Origin: Desulfobacteraceae bacterium
Lineage (GTDB): Bacteria > Desulfobacterota > DSM-4660 > Desulfatiglandales > JALVMZ01
Assembly (NCBI GenBank): GCA_027032655.1
Contig: JALVMZ010000269.1
Span: 1 to 37,342, forward strand
DNA length: 37,342 nucleotides
Reading direction: 5' to 3'
The notes under the pieces were generated by a model, which saw only the letters and a program-made list of their open reading frames with translations, did no database searches and was not told the origin of the DNA. A program made the position numbers and the translations under genes. Below are positions 7,940 through 16,340 of the stretch, piece by piece. The stretch's first letter is position 1, and the number at the start of each line of letters is the position of its first letter.

Positions 7940-9441
7940 CCTGTAAAGAATAGTTTCTTAACAAACAATGCCAAATATGCAGGAGACGAAAAAGAGGTTC
8001 CTTTTAGTGTTGTTTTGGCTCCATTATCAAAGATAACTTTGGCTATGCCGTCTATATTCACTTCTCCCGGCTGGAATCTTTTAGCATCTCCTACGGTGTA
8101 GAGGTTTTCTAATAGGAACCCCAAAGCTTCAGTGACTCCAAGGCTGGTTATGGTGTGTTCTTCTTTGTTTCCTGCTGACTTAACCAGAATAATTCCTTTG
8201 TTGTTAAGTTCTATAAACTTTTCTATTCTCTGATCTGCTACAGGGGAAAAGTAGTTCCTTCCAAAAGACATATTAATGAACACAGGTGTGTTTGGATTTT
8301 CTTTTTCTATACGGGTAAGGATTTCAACTAATGGATCTTTAAAGGGATCTAATAGATATGCGTTCTTAGTTTCAGATGTTAGGTTTGGGAAATTAATTTT
8401 TTTTATGGTTACTAAATCTTTTTCAAGCTCATCATGTAAGATGCTTTCAATTATCTTTTCTACGATGTCTCCGTGGTAGGTTATTGTAGGGATGGGAATA
8501 ATTCCGTAAATGTATGCTACGGTTGGATTAGCTCCATGAAAGCTGTCTATTACATATATGATTGGTTTCTTTCCTGACTTAAGTCGTTTTTGAAAGGCTG
8601 TTCTAGCGACTTCTTGATCTCTGATTTTGAAGTCATGTTTAATTTTGCTTAGGTATTCGTAAGCTTCTGATGCAGAAACCTCGTAACTTTGGAATGGATA
8701 TTTATCTTTGGCCTGAAGGGCAACAGGATTGTAAGCATTTACTACGTTTACTGATAATTTTGTATATGTAAGCAGTAACATTACAAGGTATAAAAGAGCT
8801 GTTAAAGCGAGGGTTCTAAGGGAGAAACTGACGTTTGGTAGGGGCTTCTGTACCAATAAAGAGTGAATTTCCTTTTGTTTTTGTTCTTTATTCTTAATTA
8901 TTAGAACCGTGATGAGGCTTAGACCTAAGAGTACTGCTATGCTGATTAGTAATAAAGGATTATGGATAATGTAAGTTAGTATTAGAGAGATAAATATTAG
9001 TAGAGGGATAATGAATTTCAGGGCGTTTACAATCTGTTTATCTTTAAAAATGATACTTTCCTCTGTTTTGGGGCAGAATTTCCGATAGAAAATGGGAAAA
9101 TGGGAAAGTTTAAGGATAATGTCTTTCTTTGTTTTCAAAAACTTACAAAGTGAAGGTTTGAAGAGTTTATAGAGTAAATGTGCTGATATCAGCGATGTAG
9201 AGATGCTAAAGGCCAGGATTAATTGAAGGATTGCTACAATGGCTAGAAGTGTTGTGAAATTATCAACCGGGTTTCGCATAGTTCCAATTAATGCTTTGGG
9301 ATTGTTTTCCCTTGTCAGGGTTAGTAGCTTGGTAAGTGAGATGTATTGGAACACTATGAATAATGCTACTATAGCAATAATTGGTAAAATCGAAAGCATA
9401 GCAGGGTGTTCGGAGAGTAGTTGCTTAATCTTCCTTTTCAA
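7870..9441 (-). CDS. polytopic membrane protein with a C-terminal S8 (subtilisin-like) serine protease domain
   Basis: 523 aa, with about 5 TM helices in the first ~230 aa. S8 motifs occur in canonical order: YVIDSF (Asp), TYHGDIVEKII (His), INMSFG, KSAGNKEE and GTSFSSPAYLA (Ser). The last 70 nt overlap the convergent S26 gene. Confidence 0.7.
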   Translation of the reverse strand: MKRKIKQLLSEHPAMLSILPIIAIVALFIVFQYISLTKLLTLTRENNPKALIGTMRNPVDNFTTLLAIVAILQLILAFSISTSLISAHLLYKLFKPSLCKFLKTKKDIILKLSHFPIFYRKFCPKTEESIIFKDKQIVNALKFIIPLLIFISLILTYIIHNPLLLISIAVLLGLSLITVLIIKNKEQKQKEIHSLLVQKPLPNVSFSLRTLALTALLYLVMLLLTYTKLSVNVVNAYNPVALQAKDKYPFQSYEVSASEAYEYLSKIKHDFKIRDQEVARTAFQKRLKSGKKPIIYVIDSFHGANPTVAYIYGIIPIPTITYHGDIVEKIIESILHDELEKDLVTIKKINFPNLTSETKNAYLLDPFKDPLVEILTRIEKENPNTPVFINMSFGRNYFSPVADQRIEKFIELNNKGIILVKSAGNKEEHTITSLGVTEALGFLLENLYTVGDAKRFQPGEVNIDGIAKVIFDNGAKTTLKGTSFSSPAYLALFVKKLFFTGYLSENGNGQHLRNPQDSSTKPQ

Positions 9442-9752
9442 TTTCTCCCTCCTAGTTGTAATTTGAATACAGATCTGACTGTTTTCTTTCTTACCTTATC
9501 AAGTTCTTCTCCAAGCTCGTTTTCTAAGAACCTTGCCTCTTTGCCGTTAACTTGAAGGTAATCTAACGGATTGTATCCCTTTGCCTTTAATAGCTTAACA
9601 AAGGCTTTGACATCCCGCGAAGTTCTCTCTTGATAAGTCCAGCCTATTTTCTTGCCTCTGTATTCAATCGTTCCACTGATTAGCTGTTTTAACTGCTCCT
9701 GTATCATCTGGGTTTCTGTTTGGATTTTGCTATATCTGTCTAATAGTTCCAT
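9438..9752 (-). CDS. hypothetical 104-aa protein (coiled-coil N-terminus)
   Basis: The ORF sits between the Cas4-like gene and the S8 gene, and its stop overlaps the S8 start by 4 nt. No family recognised. Confidence 0.55.
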   Translation of the reverse strand: MELLDRYSKIQTETQMIQEQLKQLISGTIEYRGKKIGWTYQERTSRDVKAFVKLLKAKGYNPLDYLQVNGKEARFLENELGEELDKVRKKTVRSVFKLQLGGRN

Positions 9753-9773
9753 TATGAGTTCTGCGTTCTCGTG

Positions 9774-10520
9774 TTAAAGGGTGGTGTTGGTGCTTTCTGA
9801 GCCGTTGCAAAATCCGTGCTGACGGTAGATGCAGTATTGGCATTCCCAGTTGGCCCGGGGACGAGGGTCATTTCTGAACATTCTGATTATCTCCTCAAGT
9901 TCTTCTCGGGAGATAGATTCTGTAGTCGGGAGAACGACTATGCTTTTACCCATTTTGTAGCGTGTTCTAAGGGTTGTCTTGATGACAAGGTAATGCTCTA
10001 TTTCTTTATCGGGATACTGCCATTCAAGTAAGGCTCTCTGTATTTTAGCTTGTAGTGTGTACTTGTAGTTAATGCTTATTCTCCTACTATTTGGTTGGAG
10101 AATTATCAGTTCCTCTGGACGACCAGAAGTTTCGTTGTCAAATGATAAGACCGTATGTTTAAGTTCCAGTCCCACTATTTTATTGCTGTTATACTGGATA
10201 AAGCAGTCTAAATGTCCGTCAATGGAGAAAGGCTCACCGTCAACTGTAAAGTCGTGGCTGAGAACTTTCTCTTCCTCAAACCTGTTGCCGAATATTTTCC
10301 TGAGGACTTCCTTTACTGTTTTCTCAAACAAGAAACCGTCGTCTATGGCAATGTTTCTAACCTCTAAGTCTGGATGTTGACGGCGGAGTTGGGCTTTCTT
10401 GGGACAGCTTATGATTTCGGTTATTCCGTAGGCTCCATCACGGTAAGATATTTCCCTTCCCTCTCTAACGTGAGCAGATAGTTCTGAGAGAATTCTCTCA
10501 AACTCTTGGAGAAATTCCAT
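9774..10520 (-). CDS. PD-(D/E)XK nuclease of the Cas4/RecB-like type with a four-Cys cluster
   Basis: 248 aa. An N-terminal Cys lies in ISCPKKAQL. The nuclease core is IDGHLDC ... GLELKHT (D...ExK). The C-terminal CQYCIYRQHGFC provides three more Cys, as in Fe-S Cas4/AddB nuclease domains. Confidence 0.6.
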   Translation of the reverse strand: MEFLQEFERILSELSAHVREGREISYRDGAYGITEIISCPKKAQLRRQHPDLEVRNIAIDDGFLFEKTVKEVLRKIFGNRFEEEKVLSHDFTVDGEPFSIDGHLDCFIQYNSNKIVGLELKHTVLSFDNETSGRPEELIILQPNSRRISINYKYTLQAKIQRALLEWQYPDKEIEHYLVIKTTLRTRYKMGKSIVVLPTTESISREELEEIIRMFRNDPRPRANWECQYCIYRQHGFCNGSESTNTTL

Positions 10521-10631
10521 GACTCCCTCCTTGGATATGGCTTAAGTAGTAATATAATCCTGTAAAAAAGGAATATCAATGTTGTAATGTTGTAATTAAT
10601 ATAATGAACCATATGGATATATGGGGTAAAG

Positions 10632-11354
10632 ATGTTTGATTACCTAATCACCGGTTTATCAACGGCCATATCTGTTTATGCCACGATGAAATTTTCCTCT
10701 TACTATCGTGTTAGGGAACCTGGAAAAGCTCGTGAGAAGTATATGGTGGTAGAAAAGCTATCTCATCATGCAAGGAACAAAGTGGATGACATTACGAGGA
10801 TTGTAATCGTTAAAAGTAGTGTTAAGAATGCACTCGGATTTATGGATATAGAAGCGAGTTACAAAAATAATGACCAAGTTATTGTTAAAAGGTATGCTTT
10901 CATTCATACGTTTACTCATGTGTGGTTCGCCCCAGGAAAGGTGATTTTGAAGAAAGAACAAACTTGGACTGAGAAAGTAGAAAGTAATTATTTTAAGAGT
11001 TACTACATATCTTGTAAAAAAAATCTCATGTTGCCTGCAGATTTATTATCTAAGAGTTGGATGAAGAAAATCAGGAAAGTGTCGAAAGAATTCCTAACTG
11101 TTCAATGTACTTTCAGGTATCCTAAGACCTATACTGGTCCGAGATATAGAGAAAGAATTATTGTGTTTGCTAAAGGAGTGGGTATAGTATATGCTAAAGT
11201 AATCTACTCCGATGGTGATATGGATGTATACATACTTAGAGATTTTAAGGTTAGGGAGAATGCACTCTGGTTTCCTATACTTGATGTAGGTAATTGGTGG
11301 ATATATGACATAGAATATTCAAAGCCTCCCAGTTCTGTAAATATTCAAGAGTAA
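10632..11354 (+). CDS. hypothetical protein with an N-terminal TM anchor, directly upstream of the SIR2 gene
   Basis: 240-aa ORF with N-terminal MFDYLITGLSTAISVYATMKF. A 16-nt gap separates it from the SIR2 start. A+T-rich codon usage. No family recognised. Confidence 0.6.
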   Translation: MFDYLITGLSTAISVYATMKFSSYYRVREPGKAREKYMVVEKLSHHARNKVDDITRIVIVKSSVKNALGFMDIEASYKNNDQVIVKRYAFIHTFTHVWFAPGKVILKKEQTWTEKVESNYFKSYYISCKKNLMLPADLLSKSWMKKIRKVSKEFLTVQCTFRYPKTYTGPRYRERIIVFAKGVGIVYAKVIYSDGDMDVYILRDFKVRENALWFPILDVGNWWIYDIEYSKPPSSVNIQE

Positions 11355-11370
11355 ACTTGGGGGGATAAAA

Positions 11371-13103
11371 GTGGCTTCTGCTGTAATAAGATTATTGAAT
11401 AATTTGCTTAAGAGTGATGGGCTAAGGTTTTGTGAAGGAAATACGGTAATAGTAGTGGGAGCTGGGGTGTCAATTCCGAGTGGATTACCTTCTGGTTTTT
11501 CTATCTTGAGTGATTTGCTTCATTGGTTGGGTTTAAAATTGCTTTTAGAATTTTATGTTCAATTGGGAGAAGGAGTGATAAAACCAATATTTGGATTAAT
11601 TCCTGATTTCATTCGCTATCCGAGATTGGAAGTTCTATTCTTTGCAATGAAGAGTTTTTTAAGAAATCTGGAAATTATTCGATTTATAGAAAGATTTTGG
11701 AATCTCTGTTTCTTCAAGGTGAGCCTAATTATTTCCATTATCTTATGGCAGATTTTATAAGAAGAGGAGGGGTAGTTGTAACATCTAACTTTGATTTGTT
11801 GATAGAAAATGCTTATAAAGAACTTTATGGTAGAGAACTATTGAAGATTGCATTTCCTATAGGCGAGGAGGATATTGTTAGTCGTTCAAATTTGGATAGT
11901 CTATTAATTAAGTATCATGGATGCGTTTCTTCGATTGATAAGATTGGCATAGATGTGGAGAATCTTGAATTTGAAGGCTTTAAAGGGAGGGAAGAAGTTC
12001 TATTTAATAAAATTTTTCAAGATAAGGAGAATTTAGTTTTTATAGGTTCATCATTATCAGATTCGTTGGATTTTCTTCCTTCTGTTGGTAGATTGAAGCA
12101 GAGTTTCAGAGTAGTCGTTTTTGATTACGATCCTACTTGTGAAAGTAGTTATAGTGTGTCAAAAGCAAGTGTTACTAATTTGCGTAATTCTTCTAAGTTT
12201 TTTTCACTTTATTGGTTTTTAGGGGAGAAAATAGATGATGCTGTTGTAATAGTGAAAGACAAAGATAATTCTGTATTTGCTAAGTTTATAAATAATCGTA
12301 AGGCGCTTGCTGAAAAAACGAAAAATAGGAGTTATTTTCCAAATTTAGATTCTCGGACAATGGAAGTATTAAGACTTTATGTTTTGAAAGTAATGGGACT
12401 TTTAACTCTTGTTGGAGAGAAAGATATTAGGAAATTGGAAGGTATTAAAGATTCAAACTTAGATGCTATTGTGGATGAAATAATATCTTATTGGGAGAAT
12501 ATCGTGGGGAATTACAAATATAATCTTTCGAGGCGCAAGAATAGATGTGATTATTTAGATTCCTTAACGGAGGTTGTCTTTTATTCGGATGCTAATATAA
12601 TGGAAAGAATTTTGGGATATTTTTTAGGTTTGTTTCTGAGTGTTAAGTGCTACAAGAGTTGGAAAAAAAGGAAGAGGGATATTAGGCTTTTTAGGAGTTG
12701 GTTTCATTTTATGTTGAGAAATTTCTATATTTTTCCCTTTCTTGCTGCGATCATAAGAATTGATAAATTTATACGATTTCAAAAGGATTTATCTCTGCAT
12801 AAGAAGGATATCTATTTGTATAGATTTTCTCTCAAGGAAGAAGTGAGGTATTTGCTCAAGAGAAATAGATTTGAAGAAGCTTACAAGAAATGGAAAGAAG
12901 CTTTTATTTTGTCTGTGGATACAGATTATTTTATAGAAGCTTCGAATTTGCTTAGGCTATGGTATATGGAAACAAAGGATAGGAATATCAGGAGAGAAGC
13001 GGTATATATGCCATTTTTGTATAGGGATTCGCTTAATTTGGGAAAAATTTTAAGATTCCTTTCTAAGGAAAGTGTGCCTATTTGGTTAAGGTATGTTATT
13101 TAG
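11371..13103 (+). CDS. SIR2-family (SIR2_2/ThsA-like NADase-type) protein, about 577 aa, split into two ORFs by a -1 frameshift
   Basis: Frame 1 (11371-11760) carries VVGAGVSIPSGLPSG. Frame 3 (open from 11607, to 13103) carries GEPNYFHYLMADFIRRGGVVVTSNFDLLIENAY. One protein needs a -1 shift, most plausibly at the T6 run at 11655-11660. The C-terminal ~300 aa look helical and are not obviously SLOG. Confidence 0.7.
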
Positions 13104-13104
13104 G

Positions 13105-13168
13105 GGGGGTGTTCACTCAAGTATGTAAAGATTTTTAACCTTTAACTTAAAGGATAGTGGACACTCCC
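13105..13168. terminator. nested hairpin between the convergent SIR2 and TIR genes (candidate bidirectional terminator)
   Basis: The outer stem pairs GGGGGTGTTCAC (13105-13116) with GTGGACACTCCC (13157-13168): 12 bp including 2 G-T wobbles. An inner perfect palindrome CCTTTAA-C-TTAAAGG lies at 13139-13153. Confidence 0.4.
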
Positions 13169-13583
13169 TATAAAGAACAACTTCTGATAGCTCTTATAAT
13201 GCTTTGTGTGTTCCATCCTACTAATTCACAGGCTACATTTTGAATAAGTTGGGGTGTTCTTTGATGTCCCCAAGGTTTCACTCCTACTATTGGTTTTTCG
13301 TATTTTAAAGCGATTTCTATTTCTTTTTGTATCCAGTACCTGTGGGAGACGTATATACCTGAGATTACTATTACTACGTGAACGGGTTTTATCTGATCTT
13401 CAAGTTCTTTCAAAAGTTTTTTCGGTCAGTTTCATCTTCAGGGTCTAAAACAGGATCGTGTTGTGGTACAGAGTAGTTTCTCCACTTGAAATAGGGAGCA
13501 TTATTTAGCATTTCAACGAGGCGGTAATAGTCTTCGCTATATCTCCAAGCATGGCTAATGAAAATGTTGTATGTTTTGTTCAT
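13168..13583 (-). CDS. TIR-like protein of the DUF1863/ThsB type, about 138 aa, split by a -1 frameshift
   Basis: The N-terminal piece runs from ATG 13583 (RBS GGAGG): MNKTYNIFISHAWRYSEDYY...ETDRKNF, ending at stop 13410-13412. The C-terminal piece (13413-13168) reads LKELEDQIKPVHVVIVISGIYVSHRYWIQKEIEIA...VGWNT. The two pieces join at the A6 run at 13417-13422. Confidence 0.7.
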
Positions 13584-14095
13584 CTGATACCTCCGATGGA
13601 GTTTAAGTTATCTGTTTGAGTACTTGTTCTTTGAATATACATTCTCCACTCGGTATTTTCTTCCGATATTAGACTTTCAACTCGTTCTACTAATTTTTGA
13701 AATGCTTCTTCATTGCTTAATCCTTTATATGGGCCTGCTTTAGATAAATATAAGAAAAGCTCATGTTTTAAAGTCTCTGCTGTTGTTCTATACTCCAACC
13801 AATTTTCTTGGTATTTATTTAAGGTTTGGATGCCGCTAATTATTGCCAGTATGATACTTAATAAGACCGTTATGTACTTTGCAGAACTCCAAGTAGTAGA
13901 AAAAGTAGAGGATAAGACGATTAAGCCAGTTACAATATATTCTGTAGTTTTAAGGCGTTTAAACCATTTTTGATTTGATACTGACTTTTCATCATACCAG
14001 TTAAATTGGTCAATTAGTCTGTTTTCAATATACTATCTTTCTTTTTCAGAAAGCCTATTAAATTCTTCAAATTTCTGGAGCTTCTCTATATCCAT
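13580..14095 (-). pseudogene. DUF4231/SLATT-type 2-TM protein with an in-frame TAG at codon 21
   Basis: ATG at 14095 is followed by 20 codons, TAG (14033-14035), then YIENRLIDQFNWYDEKSVSNQKWFKRLKTTEYIVTGLIVLSSTF..ITVLLSIILAIISGI..NWLEYRTTAETLKHELFLY. No ATG/GTG/TTG occurs between the TAG and 13798, which lies after both TM helices. The stop TGA overlaps the TIR ATG (ATGA). Confidence 0.65.
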
Positions 14096-14245
14096 CTTTC
14101 TAGATCTTTATCTCATAATTAATCTAAGATTAGTTTAACAGATCTATATTTGCTTTGTAAAGTCTATGTGTAAATATTGAAAATTGCTCAAACCAAATAA
14201 AAAGATTTGAGTTGGTCTAAATTTCTGACTTAAGTTTTGATATGA

Positions 14246-15469
14246 TTACCATTCTTTCAATTCATGTAAAATGTTCTCTAAGAGTTTTTCTAAAATATTG
14301 TAGGCTTCTTTCAAGTTGTTAAGCAATTTTTTGTGTTGTTGATTCGATGATGGGTTTTTGATTTGATTTGTTAGGGATTCAAAAGATACTTCTACTATAT
14401 TTTTTACTCCGAGTTTATCTGCTATAGTAGAAAACAATAGGCTAAGAGCTTCTTCAACTATCAAATTATCTATTGCTATTTTTACTTTCTGTTGCAATAT
14501 AGATTTTATTGTTTCAATAAACATAGTTCCAAATAACGAATATAAGAATATGGAGAGACTTCTCCTGAAACTGAAGTAATCTTGTGTAGTTTTTAAGATT
14601 TCGGAAATTGCACTGTCTATATCTGTGAATGCTTGGTCATAGGCTCTGCTTATTTTAAAGTACTTGTCTCTGAAGAGAGTGATGTATTGGTTAAGTCTTT
14701 TTATGTCTTTTATAGAAAGTAGATCAATACTACCTAGCCCAAGTTTTCCTATTATTATTTTAGTTATTGCGTTGACTACTTCAAAAGCATACATAGGGTT
14801 ATATGCTGGAGGTAAATCTAAATAGCCGGTTGGTGGGACTATAGCATTGTTTCCTTCCTTTCCAGCGAAGTGGTAAGCCGTCATAAGTATACCGTAAGTT
14901 TGACTTTTTGTGTTTGTGGAAAGCTCATTCATTGGTAATTGTTGTATGACCTCCTCATGTCTTGGTTTCTTTTTTATTAATTCCAAAATTTCTTTATTTA
15001 TCTCTTTAGGTATCTTTTCAATGTTATTCTTTAGGAAGAATGCGTACTGTTCCCTTTGAAATATTTCATCTCTGTAGAATGTGGCCAGTCTTATGATCGG
15101 AAAAAAGAGCTTTTTAAGATCTGTATCTATCACTTTGTCAAGATCTGAATAATATTCTATAAGTTCACCCACGGTGGAAATGTTGTCCTCTGTTGCAGTA
15201 AATAAAATGATTTCATCTATTGGGATACTTTGTAGTTCTGAATTTAGGAAAAATTTGCTGTTTTGTAGAGCAAATTCACGATTGATAATGTCATGGGGAG
15301 GAATTACTATTTTATCAGCGAAGAGAAGATACGTTTTAAATCTTTTTAAATCTCCTTGATTTAGAGGTCTCTTTTTGTTGGAGATTTTATTCCTTAGAAA
15401 GGGATAGTATAGTTTTATGCAATCAACCTTCCTTATATCCTTTGGGTTTTCCGTATTTTGACTATTCAT
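14246..15469 (-). CDS. hypothetical 407-aa protein
   Basis: A long, A+T-rich ORF that starts 28 nt downstream of the recombinase gene on the same strand. No motif recognised. Confidence 0.6.
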   Translation of the reverse strand: MNSQNTENPKDIRKVDCIKLYYPFLRNKISNKKRPLNQGDLKRFKTYLLFADKIVIPPHDIINREFALQNSKFFLNSELQSIPIDEIILFTATEDNISTVGELIEYYSDLDKVIDTDLKKLFFPIIRLATFYRDEIFQREQYAFFLKNNIEKIPKEINKEILELIKKKPRHEEVIQQLPMNELSTNTKSQTYGILMTAYHFAGKEGNNAIVPPTGYLDLPPAYNPMYAFEVVNAITKIIIGKLGLGSIDLLSIKDIKRLNQYITLFRDKYFKISRAYDQAFTDIDSAISEILKTTQDYFSFRRSLSIFLYSLFGTMFIETIKSILQQKVKIAIDNLIVEEALSLLFSTIADKLGVKNIVEVSFESLTNQIKNPSSNQQHKKLLNNLKEAYNILEKLLENILHELKEW

Positions 15470-15497
15470 TGGACTTGGTAAATAAGACTCTCAGAGC

Positions 15498-16340
15498 TTA
15501 ATTCAATCCGTGCCGTGAAATATTTTTCACGGCTTGAACTTTCTGTTCGTCAACTATTTTAACATATCCTATCGTGGTAGCTGGACTTGAGTGTCCCATC
15601 AGTTCCTGAATGACCTGAATAGGAACTCCTTTACGGGACAGCATTGTTCCGTATGTGTGCCTCAGCCGATGAGGGGTTACGTTCGGATCTCCAGCTTTCT
15701 TTCCGATAGATTGAACAGTTTGATAAAGTGTCTGATAGTGCACTCCCAAAGGTAAGACTTTTTGCCTGTTTTCCCAGAGCCATTCAGTATACTGGTTCTT
15801 CGGCATAGGAATACGCCTCTCTTTCCGTCCCTTTCCTCTGACTCTTACCCAGATAACTCCTTCGCTGTCTTTCTCCAGGCTTAATTGGTTGACTGACAGA
15901 GCCTCACTTGCTCTTAATCCTGCCAGTCCCATCAGTATAATGGCTGCCAGCTTCCAAGGGAAACCTTCTTTTGCTCTTTTCTCTGCAATCTTTATCATTT
16001 TCCAGAATACTTCTTCGGAGACAGGTTTGGGGAGATCTTTTTGGGTTTTCGGCTTTATAAAGTCTGGAACTTCTGGAAGTTCTATCTCGGAAAAGTCTCT
16101 GAGAAACTTCCTCAGGGACTGATAGGCTGCTATCGTCTGTTCCCTAACGGAGCTTGAAATGATATTTCCTATTGCGTGAGCGACTTCTGGCTTTGAAAGG
16201 GGGAGCTCTCTGTCTCCGATAGTGGAGAGGAGCTCCTTTAAACGACGGCGGTAAATTTGGAAAGTTCTGGGAGATAGTTTATGTAGTGCGTAAGTTTCCC
16301 AGTTTGATATGGCTTTCTGGAGAGTCATCTTACTTACCAT
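15498..16340 (-). CDS. tyrosine recombinase (XerC/XerD-like small integrase)
   Basis: 280 aa with catalytic motifs GLRASEAL (Arg), HRLRHTYGT (HxxR) and GHSSPATTIGYV (His...Tyr). The N-terminus is SAM-like. An alternative start at ATG 16328 lies 1 nt after the upstream stop. Confidence 0.85.
   Translation of the reverse strand: MVSKMTLQKAISNWETYALHKLSPRTFQIYRRRLKELLSTIGDRELPLSKPEVAHAIGNIISSSVREQTIAAYQSLRKFLRDFSEIELPEVPDFIKPKTQKDLPKPVSEEVFWKMIKIAEKRAKEGFPWKLAAIILMGLAGLRASEALSVNQLSLEKDSEGVIWVRVRGKGRKERRIPMPKNQYTEWLWENRQKVLPLGVHYQTLYQTVQSIGKKAGDPNVTPHRLRHTYGTMLSRKGVPIQVIQELMGHSSPATTIGYVKIVDEQKVQAVKNISRHGLN

Noticed and set aside
10560-10631. Tandem ATGTTGTA x2 and two TAATATAAT boxes as a defined divergent promoter or operator between the Cas4-like and 240-aa genes
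   Set aside because: The repeats are real but short and lie in very A+T-rich DNA. I could not find a -35/-10 pair with proper spacing, so I did not call a feature.
11692-11705. Hairpin AGATT-TTGG-AATCT as a frameshift-stimulating structure for the SIR2 slippery site
   Set aside because: It has only 5 A/T-rich base pairs and lies about 30 nt downstream of the heptamer. That is too weak and too far away to count as a stimulatory element.
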